Shown here: in pieces, positions 10,049-19,909 of the stretch
How the letters are laid out: each line of letters opens with the position of its first letter
How positions within the stretch are numbered: the stretch's first letter is position 1
From: Nostoc sp.
Lineage (GTDB): Bacteria; Cyanobacteriota; Cyanobacteriia; Cyanobacteriales; Nostocaceae
Reading direction: 5' to 3'
NCBI GenBank assembly: GCA_036918135.1
Contig: JBALDB010000009.1
Coordinates: 96,001-160,000, forward strand
DNA: 64,000 nt
The notes under the pieces: model-generated
Told to the model about the DNA's origin: nothing
What the model saw: only the letters and a program-made list of their open reading frames with translations
Database searches by the model: none
Translations under genes and position numbers: made by a program

Positions 10049-10171
10049 ATTAGATAATAAAAAACATTAATTAAGTATTAATAAATATTTCTACTAAATT
10101 TGGGCTTTAAATAGTTGTAACCTTATGTATTTATTATAATACAAAAATAGAACGCTTACAGTTTTTTCATC

Positions 10172-10255
10172 TATAGCAGGAGGCAGGAGGTAAAACATTA
10201 CTATTCCTGACATGTAGGCTTTCAAGATGTCCTAACCTTTAATTCGCTTGCTATA
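10172..10255. mobile_element. TATAGC...GCTATA miniature dispersed element
   Basis: Near-identical reverse-complement copy at 56605-56680; related copies at 30284 and 44470. Confidence 0.7.
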
Positions 10256-10300
10256 TTTGAAGCACAATTACCTGTAGAGTAGCACTGCTGTGTATCCTAT

Positions 10301-10762
10301 TTAGCTTGATGGAAAAGGTTTAACCCAATTCAGTTGCATAGCGATATCAAGAGCGATCGCTGCTATTCCAAACCACAATATACTTTCTGCTGCCAATACT
10401 AAAAAAGGCCAAATCGTACTATGAGAATTCCACCCTAGTTCTATTTGGGTTAATCCGCGCACCAAGCCAAAAGCCAGCACACCACCGGCTTTGAGTTGAG
10501 GATTTTTATCTGAGCGGATAATATAGCGGTAAGTGACACCAAACAATAAACCAGTAAAAGTTGCAACAACAGCACTTACCCAAAAGTGCCAATTAACATC
10601 ACTTTGCAGACTTTGGAGTATCTGAAAATACTTTGCCAGTACTAAAGTATTTAAAAGATTAGCGATCGCAAAACTAGAAAACAGAAAAAAACCTCCAATC
10701 ATCCCAGCCTTGAGAGATTCTAGGCGTTCTGCCATTAATTGAGGATTTGAAATTATATTCAC
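10301..10762 (-). CDS. Conserved membrane protein
   Basis: LFGVTYRYIIR.D.NPQLK.G...AFGLVRGL; about 4 TMs. Confidence 0.7.
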   Translation of the reverse strand: MNIISNPQLMAERLESLKAGMIGGFFLFSSFAIANLLNTLVLAKYFQILQSLQSDVNWHFWVSAVVATFTGLLFGVTYRYIIRSDKNPQLKAGGVLAFGLVRGLTQIELGWNSHSTIWPFLVLAAESILWFGIAAIALDIAMQLNWVKPFPSS

Positions 10763-10837
10763 TATGTATAGAAATTAGAAATTGGTGATTGCCCAGTATG
10801 ATGTAGCGTATTGGAATTTTATAATTAAATGCTGCTT

Positions 10838-12097
10838 TCATGTAGGAATTTTGATGATAAACTCAGTTCCCATACCTGGTTGAGAATTCACATCTAATAC
10901 ACCTTTGTGTTTCTCGACAATTATTTGATAGGCGATGGATAAGCCTAGTCCAGTGCCTTTCCCAACGGCTTTTGTGGTAAACAATGGTTCAAACAAGTGT
11001 TTTTTAACCCGTTCGGGAACACCCATTCCATTGTCAGCAATCCGAATTACAGCCAATTGTTCAGAATCTATTTCTGTTGCAATCTGAATCTGGGGTTTAT
11101 TGCTCATTTCGCCTTGGATAATAGCTTCTTCAAGGGCATCAATTGCGTTTGCCAGAATGTTCATAAATACTTGATTCATCTCCCCGACATAGCAATTTAT
11201 CAGTGGTAATGTTCCATAACTTTTAATAACTTCAATAGCAGGGCGATCGCCATTAGCCTTGAGGCGGTGTTGTAAAATCATCAATGTACTATCCAGTCCT
11301 AGATGCAAATTTGCAAGGATTTTTTCATCACTATCAGAGCGAGAGAAGCTACGGAGTGAATTGGATAGCTTTTGAATTCGTTCCGATCCTATCTGAAATG
11401 AACTTAAGATTTTTGCCAAATCTTCGAGAACGAATTTCAGATCCAATTCTTCGATCGCAGTAGTGATTTTAGCTGTTGGGTTGGGATACTCTTGTTCATA
11501 CAGTAGGAGAAGCTTGGTAATTCCGGCAATATAATCGTTTAAAGGTGGAATATTGTTGGAAATAAAGCTAATGGGATTGTTCATTTCGTGGGCAATACCA
11601 GCGATTAACTCTCCCAGTGTTGATAGTTTCTCTTGCTGCATTAGTTTGACTTTGGCTTGTTGCAAAGCCTTGGTGCGATCGCTGACTTGTTGTTCCAAAG
11701 ATTGAGTAAATTGTTTGAGTTGTAAATGCACGCGCACTCTAGCAATCACTTCCTCTTGGGCAAACGGTTTGGGGATATAGTCTACTGCACCCAGGGAAAA
11801 TCCCTTAGTTTTGCTGTCGGTATCTGCTAAGGCTGTAGTAAAAATAATCGGAATGTTTTGGGTAACAGGATTGGCTTTCAGGCGACGACAAGTTTCAAAT
11901 CCATCAATACCCGGCATTTGTACATCCAGCAAAATTAACTCTGGTTGATTGCGTTCAACTTGAGCGATCGCACTTTCTCCATCCATTGCAACACGGAAAC
12001 GCAAACCCTCACTATTGAGGGCTTCACACAGGACAGATAAATTTGTTGGATTATCATCCACAATCAAAATAAATCCAGTATTTTGGTTCTTGTTCAT
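10838..12097 (-). CDS. Hybrid response regulator-histidine kinase
   Basis: N-terminal REC (VDD, LLDVQMP, KP), AHEMNNP H-box, N/G boxes. Confidence 0.92.
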   Translation of the reverse strand: MNKNQNTGFILIVDDNPTNLSVLCEALNSEGLRFRVAMDGESAIAQVERNQPELILLDVQMPGIDGFETCRRLKANPVTQNIPIIFTTALADTDSKTKGFSLGAVDYIPKPFAQEEVIARVRVHLQLKQFTQSLEQQVSDRTKALQQAKVKLMQQEKLSTLGELIAGIAHEMNNPISFISNNIPPLNDYIAGITKLLLLYEQEYPNPTAKITTAIEELDLKFVLEDLAKILSSFQIGSERIQKLSNSLRSFSRSDSDEKILANLHLGLDSTLMILQHRLKANGDRPAIEVIKSYGTLPLINCYVGEMNQVFMNILANAIDALEEAIIQGEMSNKPQIQIATEIDSEQLAVIRIADNGMGVPERVKKHLFEPLFTTKAVGKGTGLGLSIAYQIIVEKHKGVLDVNSQPGMGTEFIIKIPT

Positions 12098-12127
12098 GAT
12101 GGATTAGAAAGTAAAATTCAATTCTAA

Positions 12128-14014
12128 TTAATTGATACATTGTTCGATAAAAATTGCCAAACGTTTGAGTTGGAAATTACTAGCAAGTTGGACAATTTGC
12201 TGAGTAAAAGCGCCCAGATGTCTATCAGATACAGAAAGTTCTTCAACCAGTTCGATAATTTTTTGAATATCGCCGTCTTGTGCGAGTTCGAGTAACTGTT
12301 GTAAAACCTCCTTGGGAGGATAAATTATTTCATTTGGTTGCTCCAAACTATCTATCTGATTTTTTTTGTTTGTGTCTACTTGAGCGTCAAAAATCCATTC
12401 TAGTTGTAAAAATTGTCGTAGCATTTCTAGTAATGTTTCTGCTTCTACAGGTTTTGGTAGAAATGCATTTGCACCGACATCAATACTCTTGTGCTGGTCG
12501 GCTGCAAACACACTGGCTGACGAAGCGATAACAGCAATCTTTTGAAATTGCTCCGAGTAGCGCAAACGATTAATTAACTCAAATCCATCCAATATCGGCA
12601 TTACTAGGTCAGTGATAATCAAATCTGGTTTGTGCGCTAGAGCCTGTTCCCATGCTTGGTAACCCTGACTAGCTTCTACAACAGTAAAGCCAACTGGCTC
12701 TAGTAAGTTTACAATTACTGCTCGGTTTTCCCATTTGTCATCTGCAATTAAAATCGTGCGCCTTTGTCCTTGATAACCAATAATTGTTCCTTGCTCAACT
12801 ACTCTAGAAATCTTTGCCCAGTCTTTAGATTCTGGGAATTTTGCCTCAAACCAGAAAGTACTACCTTTGCCTAAAGTGCTTTGCACTTGAATTTGACCAC
12901 CCATCAACAAAACAATTTTTTGACTAATTGCTAATCCCAAGCCTGTACCTTCAGATTGTCGTTTCTGATTTCCCACTTGCTCAAAGGGCTGGAAGATTTT
13001 CTCGGCTTGTTCGAGATTTATACCCGTACCGGTATCTAATACCTCAAAACGAATTTTGTAGTTAGTCTGTTCATTAGCATTTGCTTCTTCACCAGTAACC
13101 TGAACTTTGAAGGTGACACTGCCTTTTTCGGTAAATTTAATTGCATTACCAAGCAAGTTAATCAGTACTTGCCGCAAGCGTTTTTCATCAGCATAAATGC
13201 CTGTTGGTAAGTCAGGATCGAGTTCGACGTGAAAACTGATGACCTTTTGTTCTGCACGGATGCGGCAAATTTCAGTCACGCTATCGATAAAGGCAGGCAA
13301 GTAAAAATCAACAGGATACAATTCGAGTCTGCGAGCTTCGATTTTGGAGAGGTCGAGAACATCATTAATCAAGGTTAAAAGATGGGAACCACATTGATAA
13401 ATGATGCTGACTCCTTTGCGTCCTTTCTCACTCAAAGACTCTGTGCGTTGGAGGATTTGTGTATAGCCCAGGATGCCATTCAGGGGTGTACGTAGTTCAT
13501 GACTCATATTGGCCAAAAATTCACTCTTGGCTTGGCTGGAATTTTGAGCGACTTCTTCGGCTTGGCGTAGTTCTATCTCGATGCGTTTGCGTTCTACAAT
13601 TTCACACGAAAGCGCTCGATTGATAGCTTCTAACTGGGCTGGACTCGGTAGCATCAGAGCTTGAGGCATCAGAGAAATTAACGCAAATGCCGTGTATATC
13701 GAAATAATTGCGGTTAGAGCTTTTAAACTACCTGCAATCCAATAGTCTGGATGCCAGAGCGTCCAAATATCCATTAAATGTCCAGTACCGCAGGCAATGA
13801 TAAATGCACCAAATAATAGAAATACTCCATTAAAAGGAACGTCTTGGCGCTTGGAAATAAAGTAAATTAATAGAAAAGGAATAGAATAGTAGGCAAAAGC
13901 GATCGTCGCATCAGAAATAATATGCAGCCAAACTAATCCAGTTTTCCAGAGATAACAATGTCCGTGGGGAATAAAACCGTCAGAGTGGAAAGCGTAGTTG
14001 AAAAATGTCGGCAT
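12128..14014 (-). CDS. Hybrid histidine kinase with ethylene-receptor-like (ETR1-type) membrane sensor and C-terminal REC
   Basis: SDATIAFAYYSIP...FGAFIIACGTGH matches the ETR1 D-Y-P-CxxxH pattern; SHELRTPLN; REC TDLVMP. Confidence 0.85.
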   Translation of the reverse strand: MPTFFNYAFHSDGFIPHGHCYLWKTGLVWLHIISDATIAFAYYSIPFLLIYFISKRQDVPFNGVFLLFGAFIIACGTGHLMDIWTLWHPDYWIAGSLKALTAIISIYTAFALISLMPQALMLPSPAQLEAINRALSCEIVERKRIEIELRQAEEVAQNSSQAKSEFLANMSHELRTPLNGILGYTQILQRTESLSEKGRKGVSIIYQCGSHLLTLINDVLDLSKIEARRLELYPVDFYLPAFIDSVTEICRIRAEQKVISFHVELDPDLPTGIYADEKRLRQVLINLLGNAIKFTEKGSVTFKVQVTGEEANANEQTNYKIRFEVLDTGTGINLEQAEKIFQPFEQVGNQKRQSEGTGLGLAISQKIVLLMGGQIQVQSTLGKGSTFWFEAKFPESKDWAKISRVVEQGTIIGYQGQRRTILIADDKWENRAVIVNLLEPVGFTVVEASQGYQAWEQALAHKPDLIITDLVMPILDGFELINRLRYSEQFQKIAVIASSASVFAADQHKSIDVGANAFLPKPVEAETLLEMLRQFLQLEWIFDAQVDTNKKNQIDSLEQPNEIIYPPKEVLQQLLELAQDGDIQKIIELVEELSVSDRHLGAFTQQIVQLASNFQLKRLAIFIEQCIN

Positions 14015-14057
14015 TGATACTAAAGGTTGGGGAATTTGAAATATACACTTATAACCC

Positions 14058-14066
14058 AGTATTCCC
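14058..14066 (-). promoter_or_regulatory. SigJ-type -10 element (GGGAATACT)
   Basis: Exact GGGAATACT 43 nt upstream of ATG 14014. Confidence 0.5.
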
Positions 14067-14272
14067 AAACCAGCAAGCCGAAAAGTGCGATCGCTATTAT
14101 TTTTACCTTATTTTTTATAATTACTTAAAGTAGTAGCGTATCAATAAAAGCTCGTAGATTGTTTGCACTCGTTCACAAAACTTACAATATGATTGCTAAA
14201 AAAGTCTTAGCCTGCCCTTTCCCAGTATGATAAACATTAGAAACCTTTTGTAATTTTTTGAAAAGCGGGACT

Positions 14273-14362
14273 ATGGAAATTTTGACACTGGGCTGGGTAT
14301 CGCTGCTAGTCGTGTTCACTTGGTCAATTGCAATGGTAGTTTGGGGACGTAACGGACTATAG
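14273..14362 (+). CDS. petN: Cytochrome b6f subunit PetN
   Basis: [29 protein letters not shown] (below the ORF-track cut-off). Confidence 0.97.
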   Translation: MEILTLGWVSLLVVFTWSIAMVVWGRNGL

Positions 14363-14366
14363 AGGT

Positions 14367-14531
14367 ATGGTAGAAAGTCCATTCCTGAGTATTTTGGCTT
14401 TAGTTGCTATAGTGCTGCTGGTAGCGGTGACTGGTGGCATAGGCTATTTGACCTTGGCGGATTGGCGCGATCGCCGTCGTCGAGATGAAGAAAAACGTAC
14501 CACTCGCACCACCACTCCCAAGCGGCGATAA
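14367..14531 (+). CDS. 54-aa single-TM hypothetical protein
   Basis: MVESPFLSILALVAIVLLVAVTGGIGYLTLADWRDRRRR...; 4 nt after petN, AGAGG RBS. Confidence 0.75.
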   Translation: MVESPFLSILALVAIVLLVAVTGGIGYLTLADWRDRRRRDEEKRTTRTTTPKRR

Positions 14532-14556
14532 TTCCTTCGTGGCTGAAAAATATTTT

Positions 14557-14587
14557 TGTAGGGATACGATATTATCGTGTCCCTACA
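14557..14587. repeat. REP-like hairpin / probable terminator
   Basis: TGTAGGGATACGAT-ATT-ATCGTGTCCCTACA followed by a T run. Confidence 0.7.
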
Positions 14588-14684
14588 TTTTTTATGCAGC
14601 ATTCAAAGTAGATAATTGTTACCTTGGCAATAATTAAGGGAATTATGAGATGAACAACTTTTATGATTTAAAATTCCGCAGGGA

Positions 14685-17600
14685 ATGGAAAACTCCTTTA
14701 TTATTCAACCCATTGAACCAAATTCACAACAGCAAGAATCTGATTGTGATGTAACATTCTCCTCGCGTCAGAACGAGCAACAAAAAGCTTTGTCTGGAGT
14801 TATTGCCCGAATTCGTGAATCTTTAGATATAAACGCCATTTTTAAAATTACGGTTACTGAAGTCCGCCAGCTTTTGAAAAGCGATCGGGTCGGTGTGTTT
14901 CGTTTTTATCCTGATTTGGCGTGGGAAGGAGAATTTATCTATGAAGATGTGGGAATAAAATGGAGTTCGGCACTAACAGCCAAAATACGGGATCACTGCT
15001 TTGCCGAAGAGTTTGCGGAATTATATCAGCAAGGTCGAATTAAAGCAACAGTTGATATTTATCAAGCTAGTGCCAGTGATTGCTACATCCAGATTTTAGA
15101 AAGATTTCAAGTACGTGCCAATATAGTTGCTCCTTTGATTAAAGGTAAGGATTTATGGGGATTGTTGTGTATTCATCAGTGTAATAGTCCTCGGCAATGG
15201 GAAGCATCAGAAATTGAGTTTGTGCAACAGATTGCGGAACATCTAGGAGTAGCTCTACAGCAAGCAGATTACCTAGAGCAAGTGAAACTACAATCGGCAC
15301 AACTAGCACAAGCAAAAGCTAAAGAAAAAGCAGCAGAATGGCAAAGAACTATAGCCATAACCATTGAGAAAATTCGTCAGTCCCTAGATTTGGAGAGCAT
15401 TTTCCGCACCAGCACCGCAGAACTGAGGCAGCTGCTAAATGCTGACCGCGTGGGTATCTATCGCTTTAATCCAGATTGGAGCGGTGAATTTGTGTTTGAA
15501 TCAGTGGCAGAGGGTTGGATTTCGCTGATAGATGAGCAATTCCGACGGCCAGAATTAAGCGAAAATATCAGCGAATGTAGCGCTAGAGATTTAGGTAAAC
15601 CTCCAGTTGCAGATACTTACTTACAAGAAACAGCAGGTGGTCGTTTCAGCAGAAGCAAAGTATACCGTATTTGTAATGATATTTATAATGCAGGTTTTAG
15701 CGACTGCTACATTAAAATTTTAGAGATCTACCAAGCAAGAGCTTATGCGATCATTGCTATTTACCACGGTCAAAAGCTTTGGGGCTTACTAGCAGTTTAC
15801 CAAAACGCTAGTAGCCGTGATTGGCAAGAAGATGAGGTCTACTTGCTCACCCAAGTTAGTACCCAGCTAGGTGTAGCTTTGCAGCAAGCAGAATTTTTAC
15901 AACAAATGCAACTCCAAGCAGCACAGCTCGGCAAAGCTGCTGAAAGGCAAAGAGCTTTAGCGAATACTGTTGAAAAAATTCGTCAGTCACTTGACATTGA
16001 GGCTATTTTTAAAACTACTACTCAAGAAGTCCGACGGCTATTAGAAGTAGAAAGAGTGGCAATTTATCGGTTTTATCCTGACTGGAGTGGTGAATTTGTC
16101 GCTGATTCGATTGTTGATGGCTGGACGCCAGTGGTTAAGCCGCAGCCTGTGACGGAAACTGTTCTCGTGCAAGGAACACAAGCAGGTAAGTATGCACGTC
16201 ATGAAGTTTTTGTACCTATTTCTCAGGGCGAGAAGCTTTGGGGATTGCTAGTAGCTTATCAAAACTCCCAACCGCGTTATTGGCAAGATGAAGAAGTCAA
16301 CTTGCTGGCACAAGTTGGGGTTCAATTGGGGGTAGCATTACAGCAAGCTGAATCTTTGAGACAAGTGCAGGCGCAAGCCCAGAAATTGGCTAAAGCCACT
16401 GAAAGGGAGAAGGCCTTAGCCGCAACTGTGGAGAAAATTCGCCAATCTCTTGATATTGATACGATTTTTGCTACCAGTACAGAAGAAGTCCGACAGCTAT
16501 TAGAAGTTGATAGAGTGACAATCTATCGATTCCAAGCTGATTGGAGTGGCGAATTTGTCGCTGAGTCTTTAGCCCAAGACTGGATACCAGTTAAAGAACT
16601 TGTAGGTGCAATCGCAGATGATGACTTGCAAAATACCCAAGGCGGAGACTTTGCTGATGGTAAAATTCTTGTCATTAAGGATATTTCCAAGGCTAATTAT
16701 TCTACCTATCATATTCCCCTAATCGAGCTAATTGAGGCTAGGGCATATATGATTGTGCCGATTTTTCAGGGCGAGAAACTCTGGGGATTATTAGCAGCTT
16801 ATCAAAATATTAAACCTCGTGATTGGCAAGAAGATGAAGTAGATTTGCTGATGCAGATTGGTACTCAGTTAGGTGTCGGACTTCAGCAAGCGGAATTACT
16901 CGAACAAACTCAACGTCAAAAAGAAGAACTCGCCCACACTCTCAAAGAATTACGGCAGACTCAAAGCCAGTTGATTCAAAGTGAAAAAATGGCAGGTTTA
17001 GGACAATTAGTTGCTGGTATAGCACATGAAATTAACAATCCAATTAGTTTCATTTACGGCAATATTTCTTATGTTACCGAACATGCCGAAAATTTATTGA
17101 AATTACTGCAACTCTACGATGGGCAGTATCCCGAACTAACAGAGGAAATTCAAAAGCAAGCAGCCGAACTAGATTTAGGTTTTATTGGCGATGACTTACC
17201 AAAAATTCTTACCTCAATGAGAATGGGTGCAGAGCGGATTTCTCAATTGGTGTTGTCCTTGAGAAGTTTTTCTCGACTGGATGAAGCCGAGATGAAACCC
17301 GTTAACTTGCATGAAGGTATTGATAGTACTTTGTTAATTTTACAACATCGACTGCAACCACAGACTAATTCTTTTGCGATAGAAGTAGTTAAAGAATATG
17401 GTGATTTACCTCCAGTAGTTTGTTATGCAGCACAGATGAATCAGGTATTTATGAATATTCTTAATAATGCGATCGATGCTTTGGAATACTCAGTAAATTA
17501 TGGTCAAATAATTGATAATCCTAAAATATGGATTCGGACAAAAGTCCAAGAATGGAATACTATTCTCATTTGCATTGCAGACAATGGTTGTGGTATTCCA

Positions 17601-17792
17601 GAGATGCTGCGATCGCGCATTTTTGAACCTTTCTTTACTACTAAGCAACCTGGTCAAGGTACTGGTTTGGGGCTATCTATTAGCTATCAAATTATTGTAG
17701 AAAAACACGGCGGTAATATTAAGTGTGTTTCTGAACCTGGTAAAGGCTGTGAGTTGTGGATAGAAATTCCTATGGAACGAAGAGTTAGTTAA
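14685..17792 (+). CDS. Multi-GAF cyanobacteriochrome histidine kinase
   Basis: Four GAFs (DRV.IYRF...LWGLL). GAF1 has DHCF + DCY; GAF2 has ECSAR + DTYLQET + DCY. AHEINNP H-box. Confidence 0.9.
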   Translation: MENSFIIQPIEPNSQQQESDCDVTFSSRQNEQQKALSGVIARIRESLDINAIFKITVTEVRQLLKSDRVGVFRFYPDLAWEGEFIYEDVGIKWSSALTAKIRDHCFAEEFAELYQQGRIKATVDIYQASASDCYIQILERFQVRANIVAPLIKGKDLWGLLCIHQCNSPRQWEASEIEFVQQIAEHLGVALQQADYLEQVKLQSAQLAQAKAKEKAAEWQRTIAITIEKIRQSLDLESIFRTSTAELRQLLNADRVGIYRFNPDWSGEFVFESVAEGWISLIDEQFRRPELSENISECSARDLGKPPVADTYLQETAGGRFSRSKVYRICNDIYNAGFSDCYIKILEIYQARAYAIIAIYHGQKLWGLLAVYQNASSRDWQEDEVYLLTQVSTQLGVALQQAEFLQQMQLQAAQLGKAAERQRALANTVEKIRQSLDIEAIFKTTTQEVRRLLEVERVAIYRFYPDWSGEFVADSIVDGWTPVVKPQPVTETVLVQGTQAGKYARHEVFVPISQGEKLWGLLVAYQNSQPRYWQDEEVNLLAQVGVQLGVALQQAESLRQVQAQAQKLAKATEREKALAATVEKIRQSLDIDTIFATSTEEVRQLLEVDRVTIYRFQADWSGEFVAESLAQDWIPVKELVGAIADDDLQNTQGGDFADGKILVIKDISKANYSTYHIPLIELIEARAYMIVPIFQGEKLWGLLAAYQNIKPRDWQEDEVDLLMQIGTQLGVGLQQAELLEQTQRQKEELAHTLKELRQTQSQLIQSEKMAGLGQLVAGIAHEINNPISFIYGNISYVTEHAENLLKLLQLYDGQYPELTEEIQKQAAELDLGFIGDDLPKILTSMRMGAERISQLVLSLRSFSRLDEAEMKPVNLHEGIDSTLLILQHRLQPQTNSFAIEVVKEYGDLPPVVCYAAQMNQVFMNILNNAIDALEYSVNYGQIIDNPKIWIRTKVQEWNTILICIADNGCGIPEMLRSRIFEPFFTTKQPGQGTGLGLSISYQIIVEKHGGNIKCVSEPGKGCELWIEIPMERRVS

Positions 17793-18021
17793 TCAAAAAA
17801 AGCGTTAGCATCGGCGTAGCCTCTGTAGAGAAACCCAACTCCGGATCGGCTTGTAAAATACATATCTTATTGCTTATAAGTGCGCTAGCTATGTGGGATG
17901 AGGCTATGCCAACGCCTACACATGGTGGAAATTTGGCTGGCGGTACCTGCGATAAGCTACGCTAACGCACACTCTGAAATAACTGAAGTAATGTTAAAAT
18001 TATATATTTATAAAGGAGAAG

Positions 18022-18480
18022 ATGATGAGCAATCAATCTGTTCCTAAAAGCAGTAATCTATATGCACAAGATTATCAGTTGTGGTTAAAACACACTATTA
18101 ATTTATTAAAAAATAAAAAATTTTTAGAATTAGAGTTAGAAAATTTAATTGAAGAAATTGAAAGCATAGGGAGAAGTGATAAAAATACTTTAAGGAGTAA
18201 TCTTAGAATGCTTTTAATGCACCTCCTCAAATATAAATTTCAACCTCAAAACCGATCCAATAGCTGGTTATATACAATTTATGAACATCGTCAAAGATTA
18301 CAAGAAGCTTTTTTAAATAGTCCTAGCTTAAAATCCTATTACACGGAAGTTTTTGATATCTGTTACCAACACGCTCGAAAAGAAGTATCTATTGAAACAG
18401 GACTTCCCCTGTCTATTTTTCCTCAAGACTATCCTTTTTCTGTTGATGAAACCTTAGATTTTGATTTTTTCCCAAATTAG
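18022..18480 (+). CDS. DUF29 family protein
   Basis: LYAQDYQLW, LIEEIESIG, LLMHLLKY, SW, SPSL, ETG. Confidence 0.88.
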   Translation: MMSNQSVPKSSNLYAQDYQLWLKHTINLLKNKKFLELELENLIEEIESIGRSDKNTLRSNLRMLLMHLLKYKFQPQNRSNSWLYTIYEHRQRLQEAFLNSPSLKSYYTEVFDICYQHARKEVSIETGLPLSIFPQDYPFSVDETLDFDFFPN

Positions 18481-18614
18481 TTATCATTGTCTTTTTTCTG
18501 TTAAACCAAGGAAAATTACTGAGGGATTTTGCCATTAGCCGATATACAATTCCTGATGGTTGACATTAATATTGCCAAAATATAACAAAGAGATAATCTC
18601 AGGAGTTAATCAAA

Positions 18615-19813
18615 ATGAGTAAATTATCTGAATACCCAATGACTGATAAAACATTTCGTTGTGGTCATTGTGGTAATACAACTGTGATGCAAAAGATAGC
18701 TGTTAATCGATATACTCAGACTATTGACAAAGATATACCCGAACAATGTCACGTTGACTATGAATGGTATGTTTTAGTATGTTGCACTTGTAAAGAAGTG
18801 AATGTTATTGAGTATTCAATCTGGCCCGATCAGGAAAAAAATATAAATATACTGATGACGATGGATGTGATATCTATGAAATAGAACCTGACGAAAAGTA
18901 TTTATATCCATCATCCAATGATTTTACACATTTAAAAGAAGCTTCAACAATACTTAAACGAACATATCAAGAAGCTTTAAATTGTTTTAAATTATGTTTA
19001 TACACAGCAACTGTAATTATGTGTAGAAAAACAGTTGAATGTTTGTGTGTAATAGAATTGGAAATTAGAGAGCCTTACAAACTATCTGAGAAAATTCAAA
19101 AAATGCGAGATGACGGATGGATAGATGAAATGCTATACGATTGGGCAATAACTTTAAATCAATTTGGTAATGTTGCAGTACATCAGTACAAAACATTTAA
19201 TAAAGACGAGGCTCAAGACATTTTAGATTTTACTTATGCTTTAGTTGAATACTGTATAGATTTTAAACTCAAATTTTACAAACTAAAAAATAATATAAAA
19301 ATACAAAAAAGAAAATCTCACGAGTCTGGAGAGGAAGCTCAAATAAATACTTTAAGTGATTCAGAATTAGAATATCTAGATAAAATGTTAAGTGGTAGCA
19401 ATAAGTTATTCCGTTATTATGCAGCCATAGCTTTAGCAAAAGCAAAAATAAAAGTTGAAAAAATAGTACCTGTTCTAATTGAAATTTATAAGGAAAATGA
19501 ATTTCAACACATTAAAAATGATATTCCTAACTATTTAAAAAATCTTGGTTCAGTAGCAGTTTCAGAATTAATTAAATTACTTAAAGATTCTTCAAGTAAT
19601 AAAAATATTCTGATTATGGCTGTCACTACTTTAGGAAACCTGGGATCTCAGGCACAACAAGCAATACCAGACCTTATTGATGCACTTGCAGATCCAGATA
19701 TTAACATTCAAGCTACTAATGCTTTAATAAAACTAGGAAGTGGGGCTATTTCTTCTGTTATCAAGATATATGAGGAAAAGCTAAATTCTGTTGCTATCCC
19801 AGAATTGCCATAA
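18615..19813 (+). pseudogene. Zn-ribbon + DUF4145 (HEPN) + HEAT-repeat protein, frameshifted at the A7 run 18835-18841
   Basis: CGHCG..CCTC in ORF1. The second frame is open from the A-run: KYTDDDG...YQEALNCFKLCLYTATVIMCRKTVE...FGNVAVH, then HEAT-like AVSELIKLL and AIPDLIDAL. Confidence 0.7.
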
Positions 19814-19909
19814 GTTTTATCAAAAAACTTGCCTCGGAAGTATCACACTCCCAAGGCAAGCCACTCTCTAAATTCTTTACTTTGCGCTCTCTGCGCCTTT
19901 GCGGTTCAT

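Noticed and set aside
14182..14382. 66-aa minus-strand ORF
   Set aside because: It is antisense to petN.
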